From: Octopus sinensis
Lineage: Eukaryota
Reading direction: 5' to 3'
NCBI RefSeq assembly: GCF_006345805.1
Contig: NC_042998.1
Coordinates: 36,952,001-37,016,000 of the forward strand
DNA length: 64,000 nucleotides
Both the position numbers and the translations under genes were made by a program. The notes beneath the pieces were generated by a model that searched no databases, was not told the origin of the DNA, and saw only the letters and a program-made list of their open reading frames with translations. Shown piece after piece: positions 37,626 to 50,752 of the stretch (its first letter is position 1; each line of letters opens with the position of its first letter).

Positions 37626-38220
37626 TGGATGCTACGGATGAGGATAAGGTTTAGAATATTGTAGAGAAGGAAAATTCGGAAATATATATGAAGTATTAAA
37701 ATTACATAAACAGAAGAAGTTTGAGGAATAAATACAATGAATGCTGTATGTTAAATGGCTTTTCATCTTTAATTTTTAATATTGTAGCATCACAAGTGAC
37801 ATAATCCTGTTTATAAAACAAGACAAGGGATAAAATTTAATAGATAAGAAATAAAAATGCAAATGCCTTAGAGATATATAAGAGAGAGATATGAAAATGT
37901 TTTGCAAAATATATTTGAATGAAATGTATGGAGCTGTTACAGGAAAAGTGACTTCTAAAAACGGCGCCTGCCATTCGAGGATGAGTTCACTTCAGTCTCT
38001 TACATGCTGTGCAGGCACTTACTGGCTCCCTCATTGGCACGCTACGAATAAAGTTGACGTGGATGGTACATGAATTCAATCGGAAGAAAATTAAAATGAA
38101 GGCGTATATATATATATCGAAGTAGGCTTACGTTGTTAAACATGTAACAGAATTATAGATAGGGATCACAATAGGGGTTACTAATGTTGTGACCTTCAGA
38201 AAACTGACGTGACTTTGATT

Positions 38221-38277
38221 AAATTACAAATTAGAAATTACAAATTACAAATTACAAATTACAAATTACAAATTACA
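38221..38277. repeat. (ACAAATT)n 7-bp tandem repeat
   Basis: aaattacaaattagaaattacaaattacaaattacaaattacaaattacaaattac. Confidence 0.9.
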
Positions 38278-39064
38278 TGGATATTTAACAAGATATTATT
38301 CTTAAAAACCAATATATGAGATCAAAATTCCAATGTGCACCTCTGTTACATACTGTTGATGACCGGTGAGATTGAATTCGTATTTTATATGGATCAAATA
38401 CACACTCGCAGTCATAATTATTCCTCAAAAAATTGACTGCATTATTGCCCTTTACCTGCCGTGCTATACATATCGCGCAGTAAATACGACGGTTTTAATT
38501 TCAGGGGTAAGTTTAGTACATGTCACCTGTATTTATCGATATACCTACACATGGTGAGAATTCTGAGATTTATATTTAATATTTGGTAGGGTTGATTCAA
38601 TGTAAAATAATTGTTTCCACTAGTTTAAAGTTCCTTCTCTTTGGTTCGCATTTAAGAAGGTTTTAAATACTCAAACATGTTATATCCGATAATACTTCTG
38701 TATCGTTCGGTGTTTTTAAAAAATATCCAAAGAGGAGGAGATATAGCAGTTGGGCTGGGCTATATTGAGTACGTGACGTCCTTATTTACCCTTAATTCAC
38801 CAATTCTTGTAATTTCATTGACGAATCCAATCACACACACACACACTCACGCGCGCACATATTGTATATATGTGCGCCCGTACTCATGCACGCTAACACA
38901 TATGTACGTATTTGTATACATGAGCGTGTATGCGTGCGTGTTTATGTGCGCAATTGCGTGCCATGTCTCTTAACATGGCATTACAAACGTGTGTTCACAT
39001 CCTCACTTCTCTGCTAAATACTTGAGGAGTCATTCAATACAGATATTGGCAAAATATTCACAAT

Positions 39065-39476
39065 GCGCAGGAGTGGCTGTGTGGCAAGTAGCTTGCTTAC
39101 GAACCACATGGTTCCGGGTTCAGTCCCACTGCGTGGCAACTTGGGCAAGTGACTTCTGCTATAGCCTCGAGCCGACCAAAGCCTTGTGAGTGAATTTGGT
39201 AGATGGAAACTGAAAGAAGCCCGTCGTATATATGCATATATATATATATGTATGTGTGTGTATATATTGTGTATCTGTGTTTGTCCCCCCAACATCGCTT
39301 GACAACCGATGCTGGTGTGTTTACGTCCCTGTAACTTAGCGGTTCGGGAAAAGAGCCCGATAGTATAAGTACTAGGCTTACAAAGATTAAATCCTGGGGT
39401 CGATTTGATTCGACTAAAGGCGGTGCTCCAGCATGGCCGCAGTCAAATGACTGAAACAAGTAAAAGTGTAAAAGAG
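39065..39476 (+). mobile_element. SINE family B, full length with internal microsatellite
   Basis: tRNA-like head gcgcaggagtggctgtgtggcaagtagc...ggttccgggttcagtccc, internal (TA/TG)n, 3' tail gtaaaagtgtaaaagag. Confidence 0.92.
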
Positions 39477-39700
39477 TTAATGCTGTAATAGTTTCTCCTG
39501 TTGATATGACTGGCTAAAATACTTGAAATCCTCCCAATTTTAGGTAAACAATGTTACAATATCGTTGAGTAAAAATAGTGGACGAGTCGGAGATCGTCAC
39601 TCGCCACTCTAATATTTTATTCTTTCTCAAATGAATTAGGGAACCAAAGAATACTTGGTTGCTTTGTTAGTGTCATAATCTAAATATACAAAAATTTAGA

Positions 39701-40071
39701 AGTGGGTGCGTGATAAGTAGCTTGCTTACCAACTATATGATTCCGGGTTCAGTCCCACTGCGTGGCACTTTGCGCAAGTGTCTTCTACTATAGCCTCGGA
39801 CCGACCAACGCCTTGTGATTGGATTTAGTAGACGGAAACTGAAAGAAGCCCACCGTATATATATATATATATATATACGTGTGTTTGCGCGCGCGTGTGT
39901 GTTTGTGCGTTTGTGTGTCTGAATTTGTCTGCCCCCACCCGTCGCTTGACAACCGATGTTGGTGTGTTTACATCCCCGTAACATAGCGGTTCGGCAAAAT
40001 AGTCCGATAGAATAAGTACTAGGCTTACAAAGAATGAGTCCTGGGTTCGATTTGTTAGACTAAAGGCGGTG
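39701..40071 (+). mobile_element. SINE family B, near full length
   Basis: Collinear with 39065-39476. Confidence 0.9.
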
Positions 40072-42061
40072 TTATGTATATCCGATAGTTAATTCCTTTG
40101 CAGAGTTCTTTTTTCTTTGCGTAGTTATACACACTGACAGAATTTTTATTCTTAATTAATTCTTATATTGATGATAGCACTGAGCAACTGAAGACAAAAT
40201 ATTCTTATTACAATAACAATCTAAAGAAAACCCTGAATTGGATGAACGAAACCTATTACAAATCTACCCAAAGAGTATGAGAACATTTTTATAAACACTG
40301 AAACGCCCAGTGAGTTGCCTTTTTTAGAAATAAAGGAAATGCCGAAGGAAATCTCGAAGCTGCGAAAACGGCTAACAGGATCAGCTAAAAACAACTCCTT
40401 TCCTGTCTATAAGGAACGAAGAGATTTCCTTCATTTCCACAAAAAGCAAAGGAGTAACTTGCAAATATTTATAACGAATGAATAAAGACCATATCTTAAA
40501 TAAAGGCCCTATCATCTTCATGATTATACAAGAACAAAATAGCTGCAAGCACGTGATCCAAATTACTTCTGGACTGCATTATTTTCAAATTTTACCTGTT
40601 TATGACTTGTTTTGTATCACGCCATTGAAGATCGCGAAAAATACCGAAATGTCTTCAGTGTACGTTTCTTAATATTGTAATGAAACTATTTTTATATAAT
40701 TTTGCACCTTTCGCTTTAATCAGTGAAAAGGCTATGATTTACTATCGGTTCTATCTTCGTTCTCCAGAAAATTAATATTTTATTTAGATGGTTTTTCTAT
40801 ATTTTCCCGCTAGTCATTCTCAGAATTTGATATACGAGGGGACACTTAGAAGGAAATTAATTCAAGTAAACATCTTTAAATTAAATCGGAATTTGAAAAT
40901 TGGAAGTGGTTTTAATTTCCGTGTCACGAAAGTCACAATTGTCAGTTTGAGAAGGGAGAACGAAATCAAATTCAGCTAAATGTATACGACCAGTTATTTA
41001 CAATTGTCTCAGTTATAATGAATACCTGTCATCTGTTCTTCTACCTTCCATCAAACCTCTCGGGGTTGATTTCTCTTGAAATTATAGAGTTCTACAGGTA
41101 CGTGAACGATCAGACCAACAGAATCCTCCTGTCATTGTCTCAAATGACAGGAATGAGGGTCAAATAACTGAATGCATTTGAAATATTTACAGTTTGTATT
41201 CTGCCGCTCCATGCATTGTTAATTCAGCAGATTTCCATGCTTCAAACTATTCAGCTTCTTCATACGTTTGCATAATGTATCAAGTTTCTTTATCACTGAT
41301 TGAAATGCAGGAACACATGAATGGCAAATCGAAATGAAGAAAGGTAAACACTCTGAATAATAAATATATGCATATACCCATATATACATGCGTTTATATA
41401 ATGCATTAAGCGCTCATGAAAAGAAGTGATTGTTTTTCAAAGAAATAAGACAACCTCAAAAATCACATTCTAACATCTTATGGGAGGGATTTACTATTCC
41501 ATGACGTGATTCCAGATCTACCGTTCCTACGCTAAAAATTTATAAACACCATTAGAATAACATTGACTAAATGATTTCATAGAGTTGACCATGTGACAAT
41601 CTTTAAAATATGAGTAGGAATAGCAAGTTTAAAGTCTATAGGAAATGATGTTGAAGTATTATCGTTAAATAACTTATTGAATATAAAAGTTACCTACTAT
41701 ATATATTCTGTTTTCTTAATAAATATTTCAAAGTAAAGAGTAAGCAATTAAAAAGCAGTACCCAGTACAGAGCCATGTGAATAGATTTTATGGGAAAGGA
41801 TATTATCAAAGCCAATTCAGCAATAAGGAATCAGTTTGGTATTCAATAAAGAAAAAAAAAAAAAAAGAAAATATTATTAAATAATCGCTCTTTTAAAAAT
41901 CAAAGCAAAACTATTCCGTCACTGAAAGCAAGGTTTATCGGTTCTGTGAGAGAATAAAAGCGATTTTCACTTGAAGCATTACCTTGCTATAAGGTTGGGC
42001 TAAAATTTAATTATAAACAGATGGATATGCTGCTAACGAAATTATAGAAACTTATTCTTTT

Positions 42062-42266
42062 CTATTGTAGGCATAAGGCCCAAAATTTAGGAGTAGGGGC
42101 CAACTTTTAGATCGACCCCAGTCCGCTTCTAGTACTTAATTTATCGACCACAAAAAGATGAAAGGCAAAGTCGATCTCGGCGGAATTTGAACTCAGAACG
42201 TAAAGACAGACGAAATATCGATCAGCATTTCGCCCGGCGTCCTAAACGATTCTGGCAGCTCACCGC
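42062..42266 (-). mobile_element. SINE family A monomer with tail B
   Basis: Head and core as family A; tail gggtcgatctaaaagttggcccc...gggccttatgcctacaatag. Confidence 0.88.
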
Positions 42267-42675
42267 TAATTGAGAAAATTATTTATTAGGAGAAACGATC
42301 AAGCAGATTCGCTCATCAATATCACTTGTGATATAATCAAGAATTGATCTCTATTTTAGCTAATTCCTAAGTTTGTTGTCCTAGAAAATCATATGATAAT
42401 TGTTTACACCACTTTACTCCAAATCCCGGATGCATTACAAATTTTAGACATACACACACACACACACATGCATACATGCAAGAACATATATATAGTCTTT
42501 TATTTGTTTCAGTCGATAGATAAATCCTGTATTCGCTTCACTAGATTTCATACAACATAGTGTTTATTACAGCATACAGTTCCCATTACGTTCACATGAA
42601 ATTGCAAGCCAACACGTGTTTCTGTTGGATGGATGTCCAAATCTCTTTTGACGTAGCATTACATATATGCATATA

Positions 42676-43338
42676 GGCAGCGGGCTCGCAGAATAGTTAG
42701 CGCGCTGGGCGAAACGCCTAGCGGTATTTCCTCTGTCGGTAAGTTCTGAGTTCAAATTCGGCTGAGGTCGACTTTGCCTGTCATTCTTTCGGAGCTGGTA
42801 AATTAAGTACCAGTTACGCAATGGGGTCGATGTAATCGACTTAATCCCTTTATCTGTCCTTGTTTGTCCTCTCTGTGTTTAGCCCCTTGTAGATAGTAAC
42901 GAAATTTATATTTAAGGGCGGCGAGCTGGCAGAAACGTTAGCGCGCTGGGCGAAATGCTTAGCGGTATTTTGTCTGACGTTACGTTGTGAGTTCAAATTC
43001 CGCCGAGGTCGACTTTGCCTTTCATCCTCTCGGGGTCGATAAATAAAGTACCGGTTACGCACTGGTGTCGATGTAATCGACTTAATCCGTTTGTCTGTCC
43101 TTGTTTGTCCCCTCTATGTTTAGCCCTTTGTGTGTAATAAAGAAATAAGTATTTCGTCTGTCGCTAAGTTCTGAGTTCAAATTCGGCCGAGGTCGACTTT
43201 GCCTTTCATCCTTTCAGAGCCCGTAAATTAAGTACCAGTTACGCACTGATTTCGATGTAATCGATTTAATCCCTTTATCTGTCCTTGTTCCTCCCCTTTA
43301 TGTTTAGCGCTCTGTGGGCCAAAAAGAAAGAAAGAAAT
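42676..43338 (+). mobile_element. Tandem array of three SINE family A units (monomer + dimer)
   Basis: Unit 1 42676-42905, unit 2 42914-43148, headless unit 3 43149-43338. Confidence 0.92.
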
Positions 43339-44184
43339 ATATATATATGTGTTTGTGTGGAAACTGTTTATTTTCTCTAACACTCCACAGTAATAAATCT
43401 ATAAACATAATAATTACTGAAAGAATAAAACGATACGATACTGCACAAGTAGATTTTCATAGTGCTATATTATGATAATATAATATCAAACAATATCAGC
43501 AGTAATAACATAAAGAATTGAAATTGATTGGTATATAATAGTTAGATACTATCTTATCAGCATTAAAATTATTTAAAAAAATCTATAGTGTTTCCAAAAG
43601 AAATGTCAATATCACGGGCATTTGATATTTTGCGCAACTAATTTTAGACAATATTGAATTTGCAAAAGATATTAACGCGTAATAAATTTTAAAAATATAG
43701 AATTTTCATAATAAAACACAAATTAAAAGAAAAACCAATAGAACAGAGTTAGTAATTCGATTTTGATTATATTCTGCATGAATTTCAATGTGTTTAGAAG
43801 AAAAAACAAATACGAAACTGTGTAGAAGTCTTACTACTTACAGAAAATATATAAATATTTTCTCCAAAGGAATTTAAATTAATATAAAGGTATTAACAGT
43901 AAAAACTGTCATTTCTATATTTCTAAAGACGCTATGTTCTTTGAAGTGTATATTATTAATATTTATAATTTTGTATGAACTAATGGTAAAATATACGGAA
44001 AATATATCATAAAAATAATATACTGAATGCAGGAAACGGAACTCAAAATTTTGAAGCAATGATACTATGCGCATAATAATACACACACATACACACAAAT
44101 ACATACACATACATACAAATACATATATACACATAACATACACATATTAATAAATGAATGAATAAATATATAAATAAATATATA

Positions 44185-45245
44185 TCTAGGTCGTGTAAAA
44201 TCTCCGAGATCCATGAATGAGTTCTCTCCAGCGGGTTTTGTCTGTCATCATCGCTGCCATGTCCTGTATATCCCAGAGACTAATGTCTGTCCTTAGGGTA
44301 TCCTCATATGTCATACTCGGTCTACCTCTTATAGTGGGTCCGTGTAGGGTCTCTTACAAGAGCACTGAGTACAGTATCAACTCGGAATAATTGTGAGCAT
44401 GCCCAGCTAAACTCAGTCTCATCTGTATTAATTTCGAGCTAACTTTTGGGAGGCTCTCGTACAGCTTTGAGTTCTTCATCCTCCATGTACACTGATTAAT
44501 GTTCAGAGCTGTCCTCAGCATTGTCGTGTAGCACACAACCACCATCCGAGTGAGTCTCTTGGTCAGTGTCCAAATCTCAGACACATACAACAGCACAGAC
44601 TCCGTTGCATCAACGAACAGATGGAACTTCAGGTCTTTACGAAGGCCCAACTTCCATACAGGTCTGAAGCAGTGGTATACGTATTTCTATATTACCCACA
44701 AGGGGCTAAACACAGAGGGAACAAACAAGGACAGACATAGGTATTAAGTCGATTACATCGACCCCAGTGCGTAACTGGTACTTAATTTGTCGACCCCGAA
44801 AGGATGAAAGGCACAGTCGACCTCAGCGGAATTTGAACTCAGAACGTAACGTCAGACGAAATACCGTTAAGCATTTCGCCCGACGTGTTAACGTTTCTGC
44901 CAGCTCGCCGCCTTAAATCAGTGGTATACCGAGCAGGCTTTGCTCTTCCTCTCACATATATCACATTCTGTGTTCTCAAATTTGGCGCCCACGAAGTTCA
45001 CAACCAACTCTAGTGGCTTTCCGCTTACATTCATAACCTTCTCTGGCTTCTTAATATTCTCTACCAGATACTTGGTCGTATTCTCATTCATTTTTACAGC
45101 CTCGCATTCTTCGACTTCTTGTCCAGTCTCCACTTCCTGCATCAACTCCTCTGCATACCTCACTGCATTTGCCACCAGAACTATGTCCCCAACAAATGCA
45201 GCATCCGATATCTTTTTAACTTGACCCTCCTGCGGTTCTACGGTA
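44185..45245 (-). mobile_element. RTE-clade LINE 3' half (RT C-terminus), decayed and interrupted by a SINE
   Basis: KISDAAFVGDIVLV (eroded FADD), ATESVLLYVSEIWTLTK, MRLSLAGHAH and HGPTIRGRPSMTYEDTL are typical RTE ORF2 C-terminal motifs. Confidence 0.88.
44681..44918 (-). mobile_element. SINE family A monomer with 11-bp TSD
   Basis: Flanked by CAGTGGTATAC at 44670-44680 and 44919-44929. Confidence 0.95.
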
Positions 45246-45516
45246 AAGTCAAAGTCCTAGTGTTTCCCCAACGGAAGGCTCATGAAGTGAAGAACGAATA
45301 TATAGTGAGAGCGTTTTTTTCGCAAAAACAAAAATAATGACCGCCCTAAAAAATAACGATGTTTCAACAAAGTATTTTACATCAGGAATCTAGCAAAACA
45401 AATACATAAACCTGTGTGCATGTATACATAAACACAAACATACATACATATATATATACCTACATGTACACACACACACACTTATATATATATGCATATA
45501 CATACATACACACATA

Positions 45517-45606
<90 letters not shown>

Positions 45607-45726
45607 CAGAGACAGAGAATAATAAGGTAGTCAATGTTGAATAATTGTATATATTTCTTTTATCTATTTACATCTTCATTATTTACATTTGACAGATATT
45701 TATCCTCATCTTGTTTGTTGTTAACA

Positions 45727-45766
45727 CAATTATCGGCTGACATACCCTCCAGCCTTCATCAGGTGT
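45727..45766 (-). ncRNA. Hammerhead motif, GAAAC half mutated
   Basis: Stem I ACAC/GTGT, core CTGATGA plus an extra A, 5-bp stem II GGCTG/CAGCC. GATAATT replaces the expected GAAACGTT. Confidence 0.6.
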
Positions 45767-45843
45767 GTTGGGGAATTTTCGATCTTGATTTTTCATTCCT
45801 AAGGTATTTTTTAATGATATTAATTTTATTATTATTATTATTA

Positions 45844-45900
<57 letters not shown>

Positions 45901-45926
45901 TATTATTATTATTATTATTATTATCA

Positions 45927-46045
45927 TTCAGTAGTTTTATTTTTATAGCGTGCTTTCACTTCACTACCGAGTACAGCTCTGTGTGCCTTGGGTATGTGCT
46001 GTGATTTGTTGTGATGCTCTGATGGTTATTGTATGGAAAGTGTTC

Positions 46046-46048
<3 letters not shown>
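45927..46048 (-). mobile_element. Short 3' end of a (TAA)n-targeting non-LTR element (R4/Dong-like), nested in SINE D
   Basis: Unique 120-bp segment embedded in (TAA)n on both sides. Minus strand reads RTLSIQ* then a short UTR ending ataaaaataaaactactgaa. Clade assignment is from recollection only. Confidence 0.45.
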
Positions 46049-46119
<71 letters not shown>

Positions 46120-49100
46120 TCACTTCTTGGAATCGAACTCGGAATCTTGGGGTTAGTAGCCCGCGCTCTTAACCACTACGTGAGGACAAATATACGTCAT
46201 TGTGTGTGGTCGACATGGGAGCAACAAAAAAAAACCCTCAAAATATTCACCAAATAGTGCCCTCTGTCTAATATTTGGATGGGTACTTAAAATGTATTTA
46301 AAGCTCTGTCATAAAAGAGACTGTGTAGACAAAGCTAGACACTTATATTCCTATAAACGTCTACGCGGCAGCGCTGTAATTTACACCTAAGACGCTATTA
46401 TACACAAATTCATAACAAAAGAAAACACCAGCGCAGTTTATCTAAGTTTAAACACGAGAAGCAATCACCCGGCAGTTTTCTTTTATAAAGCACTTATCAA
46501 TTATATTGAAAATGTAAGATTCATAAACGGACCCCTGTTACATTACGTGTTTTGATTAACTTTGAATCATTGTTTTTACCAGCATTTTACCAGATATCAC
46601 AAAGTTTGTTCTTTAAAACATCTCAGTCTCTTGTTCTTTAGAATTTCCCATTCTTCGCAGTTTCCATCGCACATTCTAAGGCCCTGTTTGTCTTAAACTC
46701 ATTTAACATAATATTTCAATTAAAATTAGATTTGAAAATTTTCAATTTCACGCTTCACTAATTGATAATTAACAAGATCCTGGTAGTGAAAAGTTATAAA
46801 CTTGCTGAAGGCCATTCTTCTGTATCGTTAATGGGTACTTAACCACGTGCTCCTTGTCCTGGAAATGCGTGTTGAAAATTGAAAGATCTTAATTAGATAT
46901 CTGCGTATTTTATTTAAAATTACAAGAGCCGATTTTCAACAAGGATTTTCACGTTATTTAATTTTGTTTTCAAACATGTTATTTACACCTAGACTGGGAG
47001 GCAGTTCAATTTACTAGTATCTTCGCTGATGATCAATGTGTTTATATAAAGTTGTCACAGCTGTACCTCGAGCACTAAGCAATGGTATTAAGTGTTACCC
47101 TGCGGCAAACGTATTAGTGGTACACATATCCATTGCCACAAGGAAATATTTCTACAAAACATGTATTATTAGAAGTTAACACACTCATAATACTAATAGT
47201 ATATTTTAAGAAGAAGGGTAAATAATGTCACATGGAAATGGATTTAATGGGCTAGGCTGCTTTGCGGTAGATTCCACAGAAAAATTGTGATGTTCCAAAA
47301 ACAGTACTTCCTTTAAATATAGAAGGCAAACTACTTAAATGAAAACAAATTACATATGTGAACAAGCACTCACACACATACACATTTACATATATATATA
47401 ATAAATTATGTGCAATATGCATACATACGTACATAAATACATACATGCATATATACATGTATGTAAGTATCCATGTAAGTATGCCTTATACGACATAAAC
47501 GTCAATGGATGTATAAAGACAGGTCAATTGAAATAAAGTAGAGTAGTTAATGGTATCTGTTAGTGACAGAAGTGTATGACCACTCATACAACCAGACACA
47601 TGTTTGATAGTGTATATTTCTAAGTACATCCATTCAAACATGCGTAGTATTCATAAATACGCCTGCTCATATGTACATATACGGAGTTTATCTTGTTTGT
47701 ACAAATAGATGTATGGCTGCTAGTTCAGAGCTCCCCGCACATTTTCATCGACCAATCCGTTTCCTGTGGCCAAACAACTTCTATACTTTGTAGAGTCACT
47801 ATTGTGACATACAGAGGAAATATAGGGGAAATTGTGATAATCAGAAATGTATATAAGTCCATCGAGGAACCTGCGAAGGAATTTAGAGTAGGAAGTGATC
47901 GCAATGAATAATACTTTTTGTACATTTGCTCAGTCTGATTTTAGTCTAGTGAAAATATAAACAAACATTAATCATTTTGATACGAATACGGATATGTAGC
48001 TATCAAACCCTGTTCCACTTGATTCAGTCTTTTTGCATGTTTCAGTTTTTATTCAGAGACAAGTGTATTTTAAGTATATAATAACAGTTGATTAGTCAAG
48101 ATATATTTGTTATTTAGAAAGATAACTGTAATGCAGTGATATACATCTAGAAAGTCCTGCAAGGGCTTTTACTGAACTTTAGCATTGGAAATTAAACAAA
48201 AAACAAGACTGGGCGTCTCGGTATAATTCCAAGATCCCAACATCGCCATCAATATAGGAGATCAGATATTGCAACACCTTGGGATTTAAGAGCCCACAGC
48301 TCTTCCCTATCTTCTGAAAACACTTGAGAGGCCTACATGGGGTAGATGCATGTGTCTTCGAAACAAATCTGTATCTTGTCCTTTCAAAAGACTTCCAGAC
48401 GAACCCAATAAGCAACACAAAATGCATATGGGGGCAGCAACATCAGAATCCTTAATTCCCCAATTTCCACATATCAAAGGAATTTTTCAAGTAACGAAAG
48501 TGAAGCAAAACATGACCCCTAACTCTCGAACAGAAACTAGTAAAAGAGATAAAAGAGAAACTATATTTCTCTCCTGTTGATTCTGGACAACCGGCTTTTG
48601 AACTTGATGGGAATTGACTTGAAACTAAATAAAATAATACGTTTGGTATTGCATCACTAAAATGTTATGTTTAATACAAGATTACAGTCGATTATAACAA
48701 AGTAATGAAATTATTATTATTTATCGATCCTGAAGAACTGGGAAGAAACAACCTGTACAAGTTTTGGAGGTATTAGCTAAGGTGACGTAAGTAAATAGCT
48801 CTTGGGATGTTTTTTTCCACCGCATTACCGATTTGGATAAGGTATTTATTAGTAACGAAAGAAGATTATAGATATTTTGAAACTATCTTCAAATGGAAAT
48901 AAACACAGACAGCTAGATACAAAGCAACGTTGCTAGGAGGTTTGAAATATACGAGTATTTATTGTGACTTATACAAGTATATACCTCATATCATACACAA
49001 TTTGTGTTAAAGTAATTATTTCCCAGCCAAAGTGCTTTGAGACTGACATTTTCACACTGATATGGTAAAGAAAATTACTTGCGAAAACAAGAAAAACACG

Positions 49101-50024
49101 ATTTACAAGAGTGATAAAAAAATTTACACGTAGTACACACGCACACACACATAAAGACACACGCATACACACACACACACAATACATTTATGTGTGTGGT
49201 TGTATGTGGTGTGTGTGTGTGTGTAATTTATACATATAGATATACATTTTCCTTTTGATATATACGGAATTGAATATGAGATATTTGTCAGTTAGTATTC
49301 GTTTATTCATGTTGTCAGTATTGTGCACTTAGGTCTATCTCTCTATGTGTATGTGTGTCTGTTCACAAGCTCTTGCGCACACATAACGAACGAGAGAACG
49401 AGAGATGGGAATAGGCTTAAAAAGAGAGGTTTCAGATGAACAAATCAAATATAATATATTACATTTGATATCTGTTACGACGTATAATCTAGTCATATTT
49501 CTTTCGACTACATTATCTCATTTGAAAAAGGGCATGCGCTTTGACTTTTCTGCCATAAACTGTATTCATAGGTAGGCTAAGACAAATACGGTTTTTCTAT
49601 TTACATACATTATTTTAGTCTGGTAGTTGTGTTATAGTCATAACGAAACACTCCGTAATCGCTTTTTGTAACTATATACACAATGTCTCATAGTCGCTCA
49701 CAGGGAAATAAATTCCTCTTTGTTTTATTTGATAACGATTTTCAGAAAATAAACAAACAAACACATACATCCCATTATATTTTAAACGTTAGTATTATAC
49801 ATTTGCAAACACACTGGAAGAATTTTTTATCGCAGAATATACCGTATGTAGCCAAAAAATTGGTCTCCATACAATGTGAAAGAGATAGTGCACGCGCACA
49901 CCTACACTCACACATATACACAGAACATACATACGTACATACATACATAGGTATCTCTTTTTATATCCATATATATATCCAAAGACATATGTATATTTAT
50001 ATATTATATATATATATATGTATG

Positions 50025-50107
<83 letters not shown>

Positions 50108-50256
50108 TCTCTACTAGTTTCAGCTCGAGACATGTGGCCATACTGGGGCACGGCCGTTCTACATAACTCACACACATAACTATAAATAACCCTACAGACA
50201 CACACACACACACATCTGTATTCATATATATGCATTTATAAATATGTGTGTATACC

Positions 50257-50332
<76 letters not shown>

Positions 50333-50349
50333 CTATATATAAATAATAA

Positions 50350-50580
50350 ATATTAGGGAATAAATCCAAATTTACAGGGAAAAAATCAGATTTAGGATTA
50401 AATCGATTTTATAGTAAAATATTTTGACACTGAATTATTGGAAGTCCACCTGAAGATTGTCGATCAAGACAAGAAACGATTGTAGTGGCGGTTTTTTTGA
50501 CTATTTATTAAAATTTTATGTATTGATTAAGTCTTTCCTTGTTTGTTTTGCAAAATAGTGGTTTTGACTCTAATAATATT
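50350..50580 (+). mobile_element. Penelope-like terminal fragment between (TA)n tracts
   Basis: About 230 bp of unique sequence bounded by (TA)n and carrying an intact minimal hammerhead. Confidence 0.65.
50446..50488 (+). ncRNA. Minimal type-I hammerhead ribozyme motif, intact core
   Basis: CCAC CTGAAGA TTGTC-GATCAA-GACAA GAA AC-GATT-GT A GTGG. Stem I 4 bp, stem II 5 bp, stem III 2 bp, GUA triplet with predicted cleavage after 50484. Confidence 0.8.
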
Positions 50581-50585
50581 TTATA

Positions 50586-50616
<31 letters not shown>

Positions 50617-50683
50617 GTATACACGCACGTCTGTATTCATATATATGCATCTATGAATATGTGTGTGTATATATGTACATATA

Positions 50684-50752
<69 letters not shown>

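Larger units (their letters stand above)
45665..46180 (-). mobile_element. SINE family D: tRNA-like head, (TAA)n linker, Penelope-like hammerhead-bearing tail
   Basis: Head 46116-46180: cgtagtggttaagagcgcgggctactaaccccaagattccgagttcgattcc (A/B-box-like). Tail 45665-45830 contains ACAC-CTGATGA-A-GGCTG-loop-CAGCC-GATAATT-GTGT. Confidence 0.7.

Noticed and set aside
46116-46180. Standalone tRNA gene (likewise the heads of SINE families A-C)
   Set aside because: No complete acceptor stem or oligo-T terminator; these are SINE heads.
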